DNA of 64,000 nt from Mobula hypostoma (Eukaryota): positions 190,590,001-190,654,000 of the forward strand of contig NC_086097.1 in assembly GCF_963921235.1 (NCBI RefSeq). Reading direction: 5' to 3'. Positions 37,800 through 50,454 of the stretch are shown piece after piece; within the stretch, counting starts at the first letter, position 1; every line of letters begins with the position of its first letter. The notes beneath the pieces are model-generated. The model did not search any database. It saw only the letters and a list, made by a program, of their open reading frames with translations, and was not told the DNA's origin. The translations under genes and the position numbers were made by a program.

Positions 37800-39100
37800 A
37801 CCAAGCGAAGCACACAGGTTGTGTCAATATCGATATGGAAAAATACACTAATAACGCTTTGCAAATAGAATGAGCACAATAGTAGAATTGTCTTTAAAAA
37901 ATACGGCTATGCATGCGTGTTAAAAATATTTTTGACTGGCGACAATAACAAAAAAGAAATTACAAAATATACACATAAAGCCAGTTCCTTTTGCCAATGC
38001 CGTCACTGACTTCTCACTCTACAGCATGCAAGAACTTATTCTGCAGAATAGAATTTATAAACCATGCTTCTTGGGCTCGATTTTCTTTAAAAAGATTCTT
38101 TTAAAAAAAGAATTAAAATGACAAAAAGCACTGAAAAAATCCAGATAGAAAAAAACCTACTCACCAAGCGCGAAAAATTCAAGAGAGAAAAATAGCGAAG
38201 TTTGTAATATGGCGGTGGAAGAAGTAATGAAGCGCCCTCCCTCTGCCTCAGGCAAAGGCACGTGATGCGAGAACCCGCTGCCGGCAACGCTCAATGGATG
38301 GCACGGCCACAAATCCCCCCAAAACCAACGCTCGTCTTCATTTATCTGCTCTGCACCCAGTCCGTCGAGCCGTTTTCACGTTTCGCTCAAGCGTTTTACA
38401 TCCGCTTGCTCTCGCAGCCGCCGCTGCAATCGGCGAATCTCCTGGAGACCGGGCTGCGCATCCCTCAGAATCATGTGGTGCAGTCCGCTGGGTTAGAGGG
38501 AGGCAGTGGGGCAGCGCGTTATCTAGGGGAAGGTGGGGAAGACAGATCATCTGCAACTCATCTCACCTTCTGCACTTTCTCATGGGCTGTCCACCTGGCG
38601 TCTAAAAATGCAGGGCTTTCAGCTCGTTCAGCCCTGTGTAAACCTGTCACACGGCTTAGGCATTTCTAAAAGGAATTTCGTTTTAGCTACTCACTCGGCT
38701 TCTGCCGAAATGCATGAAATATTTAATGTTTTGTGTGCGGACTGTTTTTTTTGTAACAGTGCAATAAATAGTTATGATCGTGTGGCAAGTGGGGTGCAGG
38801 AGGCACAAGTGCGTTCTCTCCGTCTTGTGAAGCGTGGGCGTGCGGACACGAAATACACCAGCAGCGGAGAATTGTATTCGTTTTTACAGTTTATATTTGT
38901 ATCTTAACGCATTGATTAAACACTGCACGCTGCACTCCACGCTGATTTGTAGTTTCGGAGTGTGCTGAACCCAAGAGCCAGCACATGGCCCAAAGACATC
39001 GATGAAAGGGCTTAATGCCAAAAAGGTGAAACATAATGTTTGCATTGACATCGTTTCAGACGGCGCCCCATATAAATCAAAAGAAAACTTTTAAGAGTTC
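37800..39100 (-). promoter_or_regulatory. CpG island / putative promoter and first exon(s) of an unidentified minus-strand gene
   Basis: The only extended repeat-free, CpG-retaining block in a CpG-depleted window (core ~38165-38950). YY1-type AATATGGCGG at 38206-38215, E-box CACGTG at 38259-38264, and minus-strand donors TTG|GTGAGT (38165) and AAG|GTGAGA (38567). Confidence 0.7.
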
Positions 39101-40029
39101 ACAATTGATAACTGTTTCCCACCCAAGAACATGCAATCAAAACGATATATCATGTTCAGACCAACCTTCAATCACATAGTAAGCATCTGACACAAGCGCA
39201 TGACCATTTGCAATCATAACGTAAACGAGGAAGATAGTTAAAATAACATCGCTTTTAATAGTTTTTTTTTGTTTCTGCTCAGCTTCCTCCTAAATTGACT
39301 AAATTTGCAAATTCATTTGATTGTGGACCTAACGCCAATAACATGATTGTCATCCGTCCTTTATAACAGATGCACGTTTATATTCCCTTTGACTTGGTCA
39401 AGTAGCATCATCTCAAGCCCAATATTATTAAGCATGTCGCCCACAGATTGGTGTGATTAAATCGACCTAATCGTCCGCTCTCGTCGGTTCATCTTTTACT
39501 TTCTTCAGATATTTTTGCTTTTGAAGGATTGATCATAAAGCGCACATTGGTTTAAAAATAACTACTGTTAGTGTATTTTGGAAATACTAAAGGGGAGGTA
39601 GATAAGTTGTTCATTGGTAATGAGAATTGGAATCATAGCCAAAGACATCTGTGTGGTTTATTACTGGAAAGACTATTAAAACTAAGAATATAGAAATACC
39701 GAAACAGAATTTGTATTGATTTTATTGTTTGCGTCTATTTTATAACGTAAATGAACCTTTCTGGCACTGCGTTAAGGGATGCGGCCGTGTTGACAGGACG
39801 AGAAGGGTTAGTAGAGAAGGATAATTAGACCAAAGTGTTCAGACACTAATCCAGTCCTTTTATCTAATGTTCCAACAGTAAGCTCTACAGTTCGAGTTAT
39901 AGCGGCAGACATAAGCTCTGCAGGTTTTTCTGCGCCTTTCAATTGTTTCAGTTTGAAGTGTTCGTGGGAATTGACTCAATGGGTTGCTTTGACCGTAAAA
40001 TCTTCTTCACATCAACGTCATTAAACAGA

Positions 40030-40170
40030 TTAAGTTCAAAATTCAAAGTAAATGTATTATCAAAATACATATACGTCACCATATATAACCCTGACATTCA
40101 CTTTCTTGCGGGCATACTCACTAAATCCAAAGAATAATAACTATAACAAAATCAGTGAAGGATTCACACC
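40030..40170 (-). repeat. Rex1-type 3' terminus fragment
   Basis: AAGTTCAAAATTCAAAGTAAATGTATTATCAAAATACATATACGTCACC, same as 3090-3170. Confidence 0.75.
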
Positions 40171-40385
40171 AAAATAACAGATTTGGAAACTTGGAACACA
40201 CTTATTACAAAAGTGCTTTCACTATTTTCAGCAAAACTTACTGTTCATTGACTGTTTATTCCCCTCCATAGATGCTGTCTGACTTGCTGCTGTCATTTTC
40301 AGACCAAATGTGGGATTTACTGTTACCTTTGCCTGGAAAACATTACAAATGTACACCACAAATCAAACATTAGGGTTCATTTTAA

Positions 40386-40888
40386 CCCTTACATACTGTT
40401 CTGGTCAAATTTGACCTGTTTTGACATTTGACAGCAGTAAAAACACCCCAAGTGCCATTTTTAAGCTGAAATTTGATGACTTTTCCTACAGTGACCCAAA
40501 ATGTGCAGAAATGAAAATATTTAAAAATTTTATACTTTTGTACAGGTGCTACAAATTTTAGTACATTGAGGCTGTTCTGGGTCAAATTTGACCTGTATCT
40601 ATTGAAATTAATTTTAAATCTCTGAAACATTAATTAAGGATTAATGTACATTGAAGCTGTTCCAGGACAAATTTGACTCGTATCTATTGTAATAGATTTT
40701 AGATCTCTGAAATATTAATAAAGGATTAATCCCCCATTTATTAATGTCAGATAGGCTATTTATACATTGTAAATAGATCTGTGGTTCAAAATTTGGTATA
40801 GACACTTGTTATGAGGGGATTCTTGGGCTGGGTCAAAATTGACCCGGACCATACTGTGAAGGTATAGAATACGAACAGGTTGCCTGGG
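40386..40888. mobile_element. piggyBac-like non-autonomous element (MITE)
   Basis: TTAA|CCC...GGG|TTAA. Four copies of the palindrome GGTCAAATTTGACC (40403, 40580, 40665, 40831) and an ~86-bp internal tandem duplication at ~40560-40730. Confidence 0.72.
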
Positions 40889-40929
40889 TTAAGCAGTGGT
40901 TCTTCCTTTACTTACTTTCATACTGAACA

Positions 40930-41545
40930 TTAACGCCTTTTCATTGGTGTTTAGGGCAGCAATAAAGGTTTTCCTTCTCTGTCTGTCCTTGGTCATCTTC
41001 TGTATTGTGTCCCAGGTGTGGTTCAGGGACCTTACTTCTGTCTCTATGCTACGGTGCCAAATTGTCTTTGGTCTCCTGCATTTCCTCCACCTTTCAGAGA
41101 TCCATTGAAGTTCTGTCTTGATGATGGAGTTGGCCTCTCTTCTAACCACGTGCCCAATCCATCTCCAACATTTCCTCATTATGATTGTGGCATGGCCTAT
41201 TGATGGCACTGAAGGAGTAGGGTGTGGCTGGACAGCTTTCCAGGCCAGAAACTATACAGGATCTTCCAAAGGCTTGTGGTGTGGAATAACAACAGCTAGG
41301 CAAGGTCACTTTTTGTCACGCGCCTGCATTCTGACCCGTGCAAGAGTGTGGACTGAACATAGCTCTGGTACAGCTTCACCTTGGTGTGAATGTTGTACTT
41401 AGTTGATCCTCATTATGTTGCACTCTGATCTGAGAACAATTTTAGCTTCGCTATGTCTGTACTGGATGTTGTCCTTGGTCCCACCATCTATCTGAAAAAT
41501 ATTGCCCATGTAGGTGAATCTGCTGGTGCTGGAATCTTCCATTAT
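40930..41545 (-). mobile_element. RTE-clade LINE 3' fragment
   Basis: WRWIGHVVRR...KTELQW...RKCRRPKTIWHRS...TKDRQRRKTFIAAL, the RTE C-terminus; FTYMG near 41510. Confidence 0.8.
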
Positions 41546-41879
41546 TGTTGATTAATTTTTAATCCTAAAGGAAGGTAGATGACTTTTGAGTTTAGTCATG
41601 TTCTTATTATCATATAACAAATTCTCAAAATACATTAAAACTTCTTTGAAGAATTCTTATAACACTTAAGGTTAATTGGGGCATTCACTGTCATTTTTCA
41701 GTGCTTGATAGAGGAAGTTTACCTCATTAAATAATAATTATCTTCCAATGATATATGGAAAGGAGCCCCCTCTGTAATTAACACAGTTAGCCTTGTTTCC
41801 TACCTTAATACAGTCAGAATTATGGTATTTCAGAAGGTCCACAGTATATTATGTTCGATTTAAGCCATGAATAGCTAGC

Positions 41880-42560
41880 TTGAGCATTTTTGACCGAAAC
41901 TTTTCACTGTTGACTTTCAGGTTCTCAGCAAACAGCCTGTCTGCTCTTGAAGGCTTGTTACTTTTGAGTTGGGATAAAGCTTTCTTGACTATTTGCTAGT
42001 CAGGCCTGGTGCCTAGGATGGCTCATGGATGGATTTCAGGATACTTATATCAAGGATAGAATCATGTTGAGGATATCTTTGAAATATTATGTCCAATGAT
42101 TTTTGACTGCCTCTTTGTCTCTGATGATTTCACTGTTGCTATTTACTCTTGATGGGGAATGGCCTTGAGTTTTTAGACCAAAGATAGTTTTAACAGTACT
42201 GAAGAATCCTGACTGGCTCAACACATCTCTCTATAACCGTCGGTTCTTCCAGGTTTTCTCCTATGCCTCCAGGTACCCATGGCATTTTTTATTTTCATTT
42301 GAATGAAGGTAAAGCTTCCAATCCAGAAACACCTTTAACTTACAATTGATAAGCTCCTTGATCTCCTCATCAATCTCATAAAATGAATTCCAGTTCTCCT
42401 TTGTAGGGTACCTTTTTCAGATATCCCTTATGATGAGCCTCAGAACAGTTGACAGTTGTTTGTGGAACATTGTCTGCAAGGAGCTGTCTTGAGAGTTTTG
42501 ACACTAATCTTCTTGCAGTAACATGCTGACCATGGAGATACTAGAATGTATTAGGTGCCT
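41880..42560 (-). mobile_element. Old LINE fragment (RTE-like)
   Basis: Degenerate EN-RT linker-like sequence; heavily decayed. Confidence 0.35.
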
Positions 42561-42589
42561 GTCATGAACACTTTTGCCCCACCCCACCT

Positions 42590-43400
42590 CCAATAAGGAT
42601 TCTGTTCTATTCTCCCAATTCTACTGTCTCCATCACATTTGCTACATTGATGACATTCAGCACAGATGCATCCTTCTTCCTAAATCATGACTAGTGGACA
42701 GAGCCGTTGACTGTATCTCACTCGCTTCCTGTGCCACTGCTTTCACCTGGCGGGGAGCTGGGGGGGGGGTGACACTTTGGGGTTCTAACATTTAACTGTT
42801 AATCACACTTTGGGGGCACTCCTTTGTTTTTCGTGGATGGTTGCGAAGAAAAAGCATTTCAGGATGTATATTGTATGCATTTCTCTGACATTAAAAGTGA
42901 AACCTTTGAAACCTGCCTTTCTGGATATGGGAAGGGCATGGAAAGAGCTCCCTTGGTCCTTACATTCCACCCACCAGCTTCCACATTGAATGGATAAATC
43001 TTTGTAATTTCTGCAAGCACCAATCATCAGATATACTGCATATTCCCCTCCTCTTTCAGCTTTTTGAAAGGATTGCTCTCTTTATGGTCCATTCTTCCAT
43101 CTCACATTCTACTGTCTGTAGAATGGCTATTTTGTCTATGACCTCAGGTGAGGCAAATTGGTGCTCTTTCACCTCTTTCTTTCCGACCTTCCAGTGACCT
43201 AATCAATCTTTCCATGTGAATTGCTGATTTGTTTGCATGTTTGATAATCAATGCTGTACTGCAGGAATATTCACAATATGGCTTCTTCTACGGTGGAGAA
43301 ATCAATGCAGGTTACAAAAGTACTTTGCAGAGGACCTCATCTTCAATTTAGCATTTTGCGATCTTCAGCCCTCAATATCAATTTCTCCTACTGTTTATTT
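42590..43400 (+). mobile_element. Old Penelope-like fragment with a nested short retroposon 3' end (42748-42914)
   Basis: Antisense-colinear with 29880-30290; nested piece ends ATTAAAAGTGAAACCTTTGAAACC. Confidence 0.55.
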
Positions 43401-44520
43401 CTACTCGTAACAATATTGGTCAACTCAGCTGTTGGCCTGAAGAAATTAAATATTTAGTGGAACATCTAGCTAGAACAAGTCAAGAACAGTGCATGAGTAG
43501 ACAAAAAAAAGTCTTCGTTATTGCAGGGTGGTGGAAGAAGTTTCCTGAATTAATGTTTTCTGGGATAAAGTATTTAAAAAGGGGACATAGCAAAGGCCTT
43601 ACAGGTAATTTGCTAATCAGTAATCATTTCCAAATAAGAAGTTATTTGTGGGATGTTCTTTGATAATGCAGAAGAATCAACATGGGAACATGGGCTTATA
43701 AGAGGAGTAATCTTTGTCAATAAACTGGAGTAAACTGAGCCCAGTGTCTGGCTATACTTGAGGTGAAATGGTCTTCTTCAGCAAAAAAGCAAAGGAATGA
43801 AATGGGAGTTATGTCCTGTTTGGGAAAAAGAGTGGTGCCACCTGGATCCTTGGCCCAGAGCTAATGAGAGGTGGGCACAGGGTGGCCAAATGAATCAAGA
43901 GAATGAGCCAACTGGATCAAAGTATGAAGTGCAGAACTGATAGGGGGAAAATAATAATGAAGGTTTTCTGCTGTAGACAAATAAGTGAAAACTCAGGAGA
44001 CTACCAAGTGAGACTGACTGTTCCCTCGTGCCTGGGTCAGGGAGAAGGTTCTGTCATTTGTCCCAATTTCAGTGTTAGTGAGAGAGTTGTTTGGGTGAGC
44101 TTTGTCCAATAGAATCAATAGAATTCTAGAATTATATGCATATTTGCATTTGATATAATATGTTGATAGAATAAAGTTCCAAGTAGTTTGAAATAATAAG
44201 GAGTTGTATGGTCACTCACTAACCTAAGTTAGTTGACCAATGAAATGATCAACAGTATTTGTCATAATTTTGGTTAGTTTTTCATTTTCCATTTGTATAG
44301 TTTGGCCTGCCAGCCACAAACCTCAGCTGCCATTAGCAATATAATACTCAGACAAAGCAGCATAATCTGATTCTTACCAATATTCCTACTGTTAAATTCA
44401 CTTACACTATCAGAGATATTCCCTTTGTTCTTCCCATCCTTTACCCACCTTCTCTGAAAATTAATTTATTTTCTCTATCACATCATTATGATGCAGGTTC
44501 CCAGAACTGAGCAGTAATTG

Positions 44521-45507
44521 CGTTAATGCGGCCCAGAAATCATAAATAAGCCATCAATGGAGCTCACTACTATTCTCAGTCCTACCACTCCACCGAGGTA
44601 CTCTTTCCCTTTGATCAGACTTTCCCTTTCCGTAGGTCTATGTCACCTGATAGGCAACAATGAATATATCAATCGAGTCAGGTTTTAGAAAAACAATCAA
44701 ACATTTATTAAACTCTGCTCAATATAAAAAAAAACAAACGAAAATCTTAACCAGAAGTAAACTGCTTGGCGGCCATTTAACAAACCGCCATTCAGTACTA
44801 GTTTTTAAAGCGATAAATGTGAAAACAGTTCTTAAAGTGGTGAATTCAAAAACAGTTCTTAGAATGGTAAATTTGAAAGTCCAAGATATTTATACAGTCA
44901 ATTAGGAGTGACTTTCCTGAAGTAAAGAATACCTTGAAGGCACGACGCCACTGCCGATCCCAACCGGAACCTGCCTTGTCCGCAGGATTCACGATGACGG
45001 AAATAAAATGGTTTAAAGGCACTGACCTTTCCCTCTGGATACTAGATACTGCACAGCCTTTTCTGCTGCTTTTAGCAGAGGCTATCTCATGCAGATCACT
45101 CTTTCTTGAACAAATTCAATAATGGTCGATCTTATGCAAAACTGCCAAAATCCTTCAGGTTCCCATCTTCGCTCTCCAAAATTACTGAAAAGATACATCA
45201 ACAAACCTGGCAGCAATTGGTTGAACTGCTGGCCTGACACTTTTGTACCTCACAATAGAATGTAAAACTCCATTTTAAATCAAAACTGCGTCATAAGGCA
45301 ACTATGCAGCGGAATGGAGTACCTGACTGACGTTCTAACTGGAAAACAAAGTGTGTCACCAGGGGTCTACACTTATATACCTGGTGAGAACAGGTTGTCA
45401 CGTGCCCTCACATCGGTGGGGTGGGGGGGATTACATCATGTGACCTCCGCAAGACCATTGCATCATCCTCACAAGATAGTCACAAGATATCCATGAGGTA
45501 TGTAACA
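44521..45507 (-). mobile_element. Probable solo LTR (~1 kb)
   Basis: Minus strand begins TGTTACATACC, carries a TATATAAG box (~45371-45379) and an AATAAA (44704-44709). The left boundary is degenerate and no TSD was found. Confidence 0.55.
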
Positions 45508-45672
45508 TCTGTCAGCCACACATGGATTTACCAGGGTTTCTTCTTCCCTCGCTTGTCCTTCTTATCCTCTCCTGTCTTTCCATCATCCCTCCTTCGCTAA
45601 ACTCTGCCCAAGTCACCTAGTATCACCTATCAGGCCTTGCTCCATTTACCTCTCTCACTTCATTACACTGGC

Positions 45673-46133
45673 TGTCATGGTGTATGCTCCCAGAACTAGA
45701 CCCAAGCACGGAGGAAAACAGGCTCTCTGTCACAGCAGTTGCTGGCACCGACTCAACCTGGGTGTGGTAGAAGGTGACTTCAGTCACAGGAAGTACTGAC
45801 AATAGCTTGATTCTGCAGATTCCCCAAAAAGTGATGGAAATAAAAGGTTAGACATAGGAAAACCAACAGAGTCTTGGAGGAACGACTGAGTGACACTGCA
45901 AGACAAACCATTCTTTCCAACAAAATGACTCTGCTAATACACTAAACAAGAGTCCTCTTTAAATAATCATAGAATGCTGGAAACCAGTGTTGGTCTCAAT
46001 TAACTGACCATATTTATCAGAAAGTAAAGGTCTTAATGACTCAGTAAGACAGCAATTAGTAAATACCGGTGCTTGAGAAACCTAGAAGACCAACGCTGTA
46101 GGGCAAGTCAGAGAGGCCCGCAGAGTCATGACA
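45673..46133 (-). mobile_element. Solo LTR, 461 bp, with 6-bp TSD
   Basis: TGTCATG...CATGACA termini; ACTGGC duplicated at 45667-45672 and 46134-46139; interrupts a Penelope-like pLTR (45520-46230). Confidence 0.8.
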
Positions 46134-46787
46134 ACTGGCTATATTTCCTCCACACAGTCAGTCCTGTTGCAGGGTCATGGCCCAACACATCAGCCATTGC
46201 ATTGCTTCTACAGATGACTAACTAGCAGTTGATGAGGAATACTGAAGACATTACCCCAAGAACAAATAGTAAAAAGAACACAACATCCTGTATCGATGCA
46301 TTGTGACATCCACATAAAAGTGTGTAATGTTTCCTGAATCATGAAGTTTGCTGCTTATTGTTTAATGTTTGGGCATTATTGTGAGTTATGTCATTAAATT
46401 CCTCATCCCTCTCCAACTCAAGATTGCATACAAAATTGTACATTGGTATTCAGATTTCAAGGTAAGTTCTCATTGCGTACAACAGTAAAGAGATGCTTGC
46501 TATACAATAGGCTGTTTAATATTCTGATGGTTCCTGTTCCATGTCTGAACTAGAGCCTGCATTAGCTATCTATGAGCTTGCCTCTGGGGGTGTCTGGATC
46601 CTACTGCTTGTAACCTCTCAACCATGATGTGCATGAGAATCTTGTTTAAAATTGGTGTTGGGAAGGTTGTTGAGATAGATGCCAAGTATTAGAAGTATTA
46701 ATTCAATCTTATTTTTTTAAATTAAATGCAGATCGGATATTGAGGCAGGTTAAGGGTGTGAAAACCACTGACCAGATGAGAAAATCT

Positions 46788-47070
46788 GCGCCACGGTAGC
46801 ATGACACTATTATAGCTCAGGGCAGAGTTCAGAGTTCATTTCTGGTGTCCTCTGTAAGAAGTTTATACGCCCTTCCCTCGAGCATGTGGGTTTCCTCTGA
46901 GTGCTCTGTTTTTCTACCCACAGTCTAAAGACATACCGTAGATTAATTGGTCATTGTAAATTGTCCTGTGATTAGAGTGGGGTTAAATAGGTGGGTTGCG
47001 GCTGGTGCGGCTCTTTGGGTCAGAAGGGCCTGTTGCGCGCTATGTATCTCAATAAATAAAAATAAATAAA
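46788..47070 (+). mobile_element. V-domain SINE (HE1-like) with CR1-like 3' end
   Basis: GTGGGTTTCCTCTGAGTGCTCTGTTTTTCTACCCACAGTCTAAAGAC (V domain), GGGTCAGAAGGGCCTGTT stem-loop, (AAAT)n tail. Confidence 0.8.
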
Positions 47071-47519
47071 TTCTCACGCAATAATCAAACCTTGAGCAAT
47101 GCATCTTCCTTTGCACTCCATCTTCTACCTCACAAAATCAAATAAAATCTGCATGCATCACTTGTGTCTACCCATCACCCTGAAACAACCAAAACATTGA
47201 AAAGCCTGTTGACAGACTTAAAAAAGTAAATTTATTATGTTATTTAGTGATTATTTTAGTGATGAGTGTCGCCCTTCTTATGTTGTTAACTTTAAATGTA
47301 CTGAAATCATGAGGATTTATTTTGTCAAGAAAGTTTTTCTTGAATCTGTGGACACATATAAAGGAAAAGAGCCTGAATTTCCTTTCATTAATCCACGCGA
47401 AAATAATATATTCTTTGCCCCAGACAAACTACCATAGATCCATGGAAAAAAAATCTCATCAAATGGTTTCTGAAATGTTCATATCAAGAGTCTAGGGGCA
47501 GTCTGTTGCTGTTAGGGTG

Positions 47520-49806
47520 ATGAGTAGACATAGCAAGTTCAGGAAACACTAGCTGACAAGAGATGTTGAAACTCAGGTAAAGAAAAATAAATAAGCATGC
47601 ATCTTGTTTATGCAACTGGGTATGAATGAATCCTTTGATGAATATAAACAGTTTAAGGTCAGGCTTAAGAGGGAAATCAGAAGGCCAAAAAAAGGTATGT
47701 GATGTATTTGGTTTACAGGGTTAAAGTTATATTAACAGTAAAATGGTGATTAGTGAGAGACTTTATTTTTTGTGTGCCATACTCTCCCAAAGCCTCGGCA
47801 ACCACTTTTTACAAGTGGTTATCTTGGAGGAAAGATTCTGTGAGCGGTCCACCATGTCCTTCTCACAGCACATTTTTTTTTTTACGAGGCCAAGTTGCGA
47901 GCTCGACACTCAACCCGGCACGAATGGAAAACATGCCCAGGAGCAGCCTGACTGGATTTGAACTCGGGAACCTTCGCTCCAGAGTCCGGCGCTGATGTCA
48001 CTGCGCCACCAGCTGGTGAGTGAGAGACTAGGTCCTCTTAAAGACTATCAGGTTCAACTGTATGTGGAGCCACAGGAGAAGGCTGAGATTTTAAATGTTT
48101 AATTCTTCTCTTGTTTACTAAGGAAAGTATCATGGATGCTAAAAAATTAGGGTAAAAGTAGTGAGATCTTGGAATATGTGGCTATTACTAGAAGGATGTA
48201 TTTGCAGCCTCGAAGTGCATTAAAGCAGGCAAATCCCTAGAACCTGACCAAATGTACCCCCCAGAACTCACCGGAGAACAGGGAAGAAATCATGGAGGCC
48301 CTTGTAGAGATATTTGCTTCATCGTTAGCCACTGTGGAGTTTTAGAAGACTGGAAGGTGGCTAATGTTATTTAATTTTTCAAGAAGGGTGCCTCTCAAGG
48401 TTGGTGTGCCTGACTTCAGTTATAGAGTCATGAAGTCATAGAAACATTCAGGCTCTAAACAGGCCCTTCAACCCATCTAGTCATGCCAAAAACCATTGAT
48501 AGGGAAGTTACTGGTGGGATTTCTGACAGATAAGATCTACCACGTGGATCGTTAAGGACTAATCAGGAATAGTCAACGTGGTTTTGTGTATAGGAAGTCA
48601 TGCCTGATGAAACTTCTGGAGTTTTTTGAAGAGGTAACTAATGAGATAGATGAAGGTAGGTCAGTGGATGTTGTTAATATGGGTTTTGTTAAGGTAGGCT
48701 AATCTGGTAGATTATGTTGCATGGGATTCAGGGGGAATTCATGAGGTAGATTCAGAATTGGCTTGATGCTTGGAAGTTGAGGATGATGGTTTAAGATCAA
48801 TTCTCCAATCAGAGGCCTATGATATTGAGATTCCCCAGGGGTCAATGTTAAAACCTCTGTCATTCTTTATTTATGTAAATGATTTGGATGTGAATGTACA
48901 TGATCCAATTAGCAAGTTAATGATTCTAAATTACAGGGTCTTGTTGACAGTGAAGCAGGTTACAATGAATTGCAAAGAGATCTTAGCCAGTTAGGGAGAT
49001 GGGCTGAGGAATGGCAAATGGATTTCAGCATAGATAAGTGTGAGCTGATGCATTTTTTTGTCAGTGAAATTAGGGTAGAACCTACACAGTGAATGGCAGG
49101 ACATTATCGAGTGTTGTGGAACAGAGGAAGCTGGGAGTACAAGTTCAATGAAAGTGATCAAACAAATATACAGAGTAGAAAAAAGTGGTGTGCAGCATGC
49201 TGGCCTTCATAATTCAGAATAAGTTAGGAGCAGGGAAATTATGTTGCAGTTATATAAGTCTTCAGTGAGAATGCACTTTGAGTATTATGTATAGATTTGA
49301 TCATCTTGTTAAAGAAAGACATTGTCAAGCTTGAAATGGTACAGAGGAGACAAAGATACTGTCTGAACTGGGGGGCCTGAGTTCTAGGAAGAGCTTGCCC
49401 ATACTGGATCTTTATTCCTTGGAGCACAGGAAATGACAGGTGACCTCAAAGAAGTTTATAAATTTGAGGGATATGGATAAGGTGGAAAATCATAGCCCTT
49501 TCCTAGAGTTAGGGTACCCAAAACTAGAGGGCACAGATAGAAAATAAGAGGTGAGAGATTTAAAAAAGACTTGGGAGGTAACTGCTTTTCACAGATTGCA
49601 CTGAGTATTTGGAATGAGCTGCCTGAGGAAGAGGTTGAGGCAGAAACAAAGAGGCACTTGTACAAGTACATGGAGCAGAGAGGCTCGCAGAGTTATGGGC
49701 CAATGCATTCGACTGGAACTAGCAGGGATGATGGTGTGGTTAGAATTTACCAGTTGGTCAAAGGGCCTGTTTCTATGCTGTGTTACTCTATAACTTTATT
49801 AACTCT
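47520..49806 (+). mobile_element. Old CR1 ORF2, interrupted by a SINE and by a short inverted CR1 tail (48421-48497)
   Basis: SQRGFVYRKSCLMKLLEFFEEVT, IPQGSMLKPL, WAEEWQMDF, IWNELPEE; 3' tail CTCTATAAC. Confidence 0.85.
47763..48018 (-). mobile_element. Young tRNA-derived SINE with 11-bp TSD
   Basis: A box TGGCGCAGTGA, B box GAGTTCAAATCC, A-rich tail; AGTGAGAGACT duplicated at 47752-47762 and 48019-48029; many CpGs retained. Confidence 0.88.
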
Positions 49807-50454
49807 AATAGACTATATGTTATCATCCCATGCTGTAATAATGAATATTTAATGCAATAGTGGGTTTTTTTTTTGAAATAAACCTTTTCTCAAACTGAGT
49901 AGTCAGTGAATTTTTATTAGATCTGTTAGATCTGCAATAACTGAAGGAATATTACCCTTGGCACCCATCTTGCTCTTTTTTCCAAGATCACAATACAGTA
50001 ACTGAGTGCTGATGACGGAATAGCTATTAATCATATAATTCCTTTATAGGGACATCTTAGACATCAAATGTTTGAATCAATATAAATGTGTTATAATTTC
50101 CTGAAAGTCTTCAGCTGCAATACTTTTCAATTTATAGAGAAGAGCAGTGAAGTTAGAGAGTTATTCATTTCAAATCATTGTGCACTGTACAAATTAAGGG
50201 TGTTCATAACAATCATAACAATGTTGAAATATCAGAAGTGTGGATATATTATATTGTAGGAGCTACATCCTGTTGGTTTGAAGCTGTCTAGAAAACAAGA
50301 GTAACTGCACTTCAAATTAGTTCACAGTTTGTGAAGTGCTGTGGGGTACTTATGAGAGCATTGATTAAACATAGCTTAAAAATGTGGATTTTCTTTCCTT
50401 TGTTAGAAATGATGGATCTGTGATCTTTTGTAAAGTCACGTGTAGCAGTGCACA

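Noticed and set aside
38262..38907. Plus-strand ORFs of 103-135 aa in the CpG island
   Set aside because: No recognisable domain; stop codons are scarce in GC-rich DNA; the splice signals point to the minus strand.
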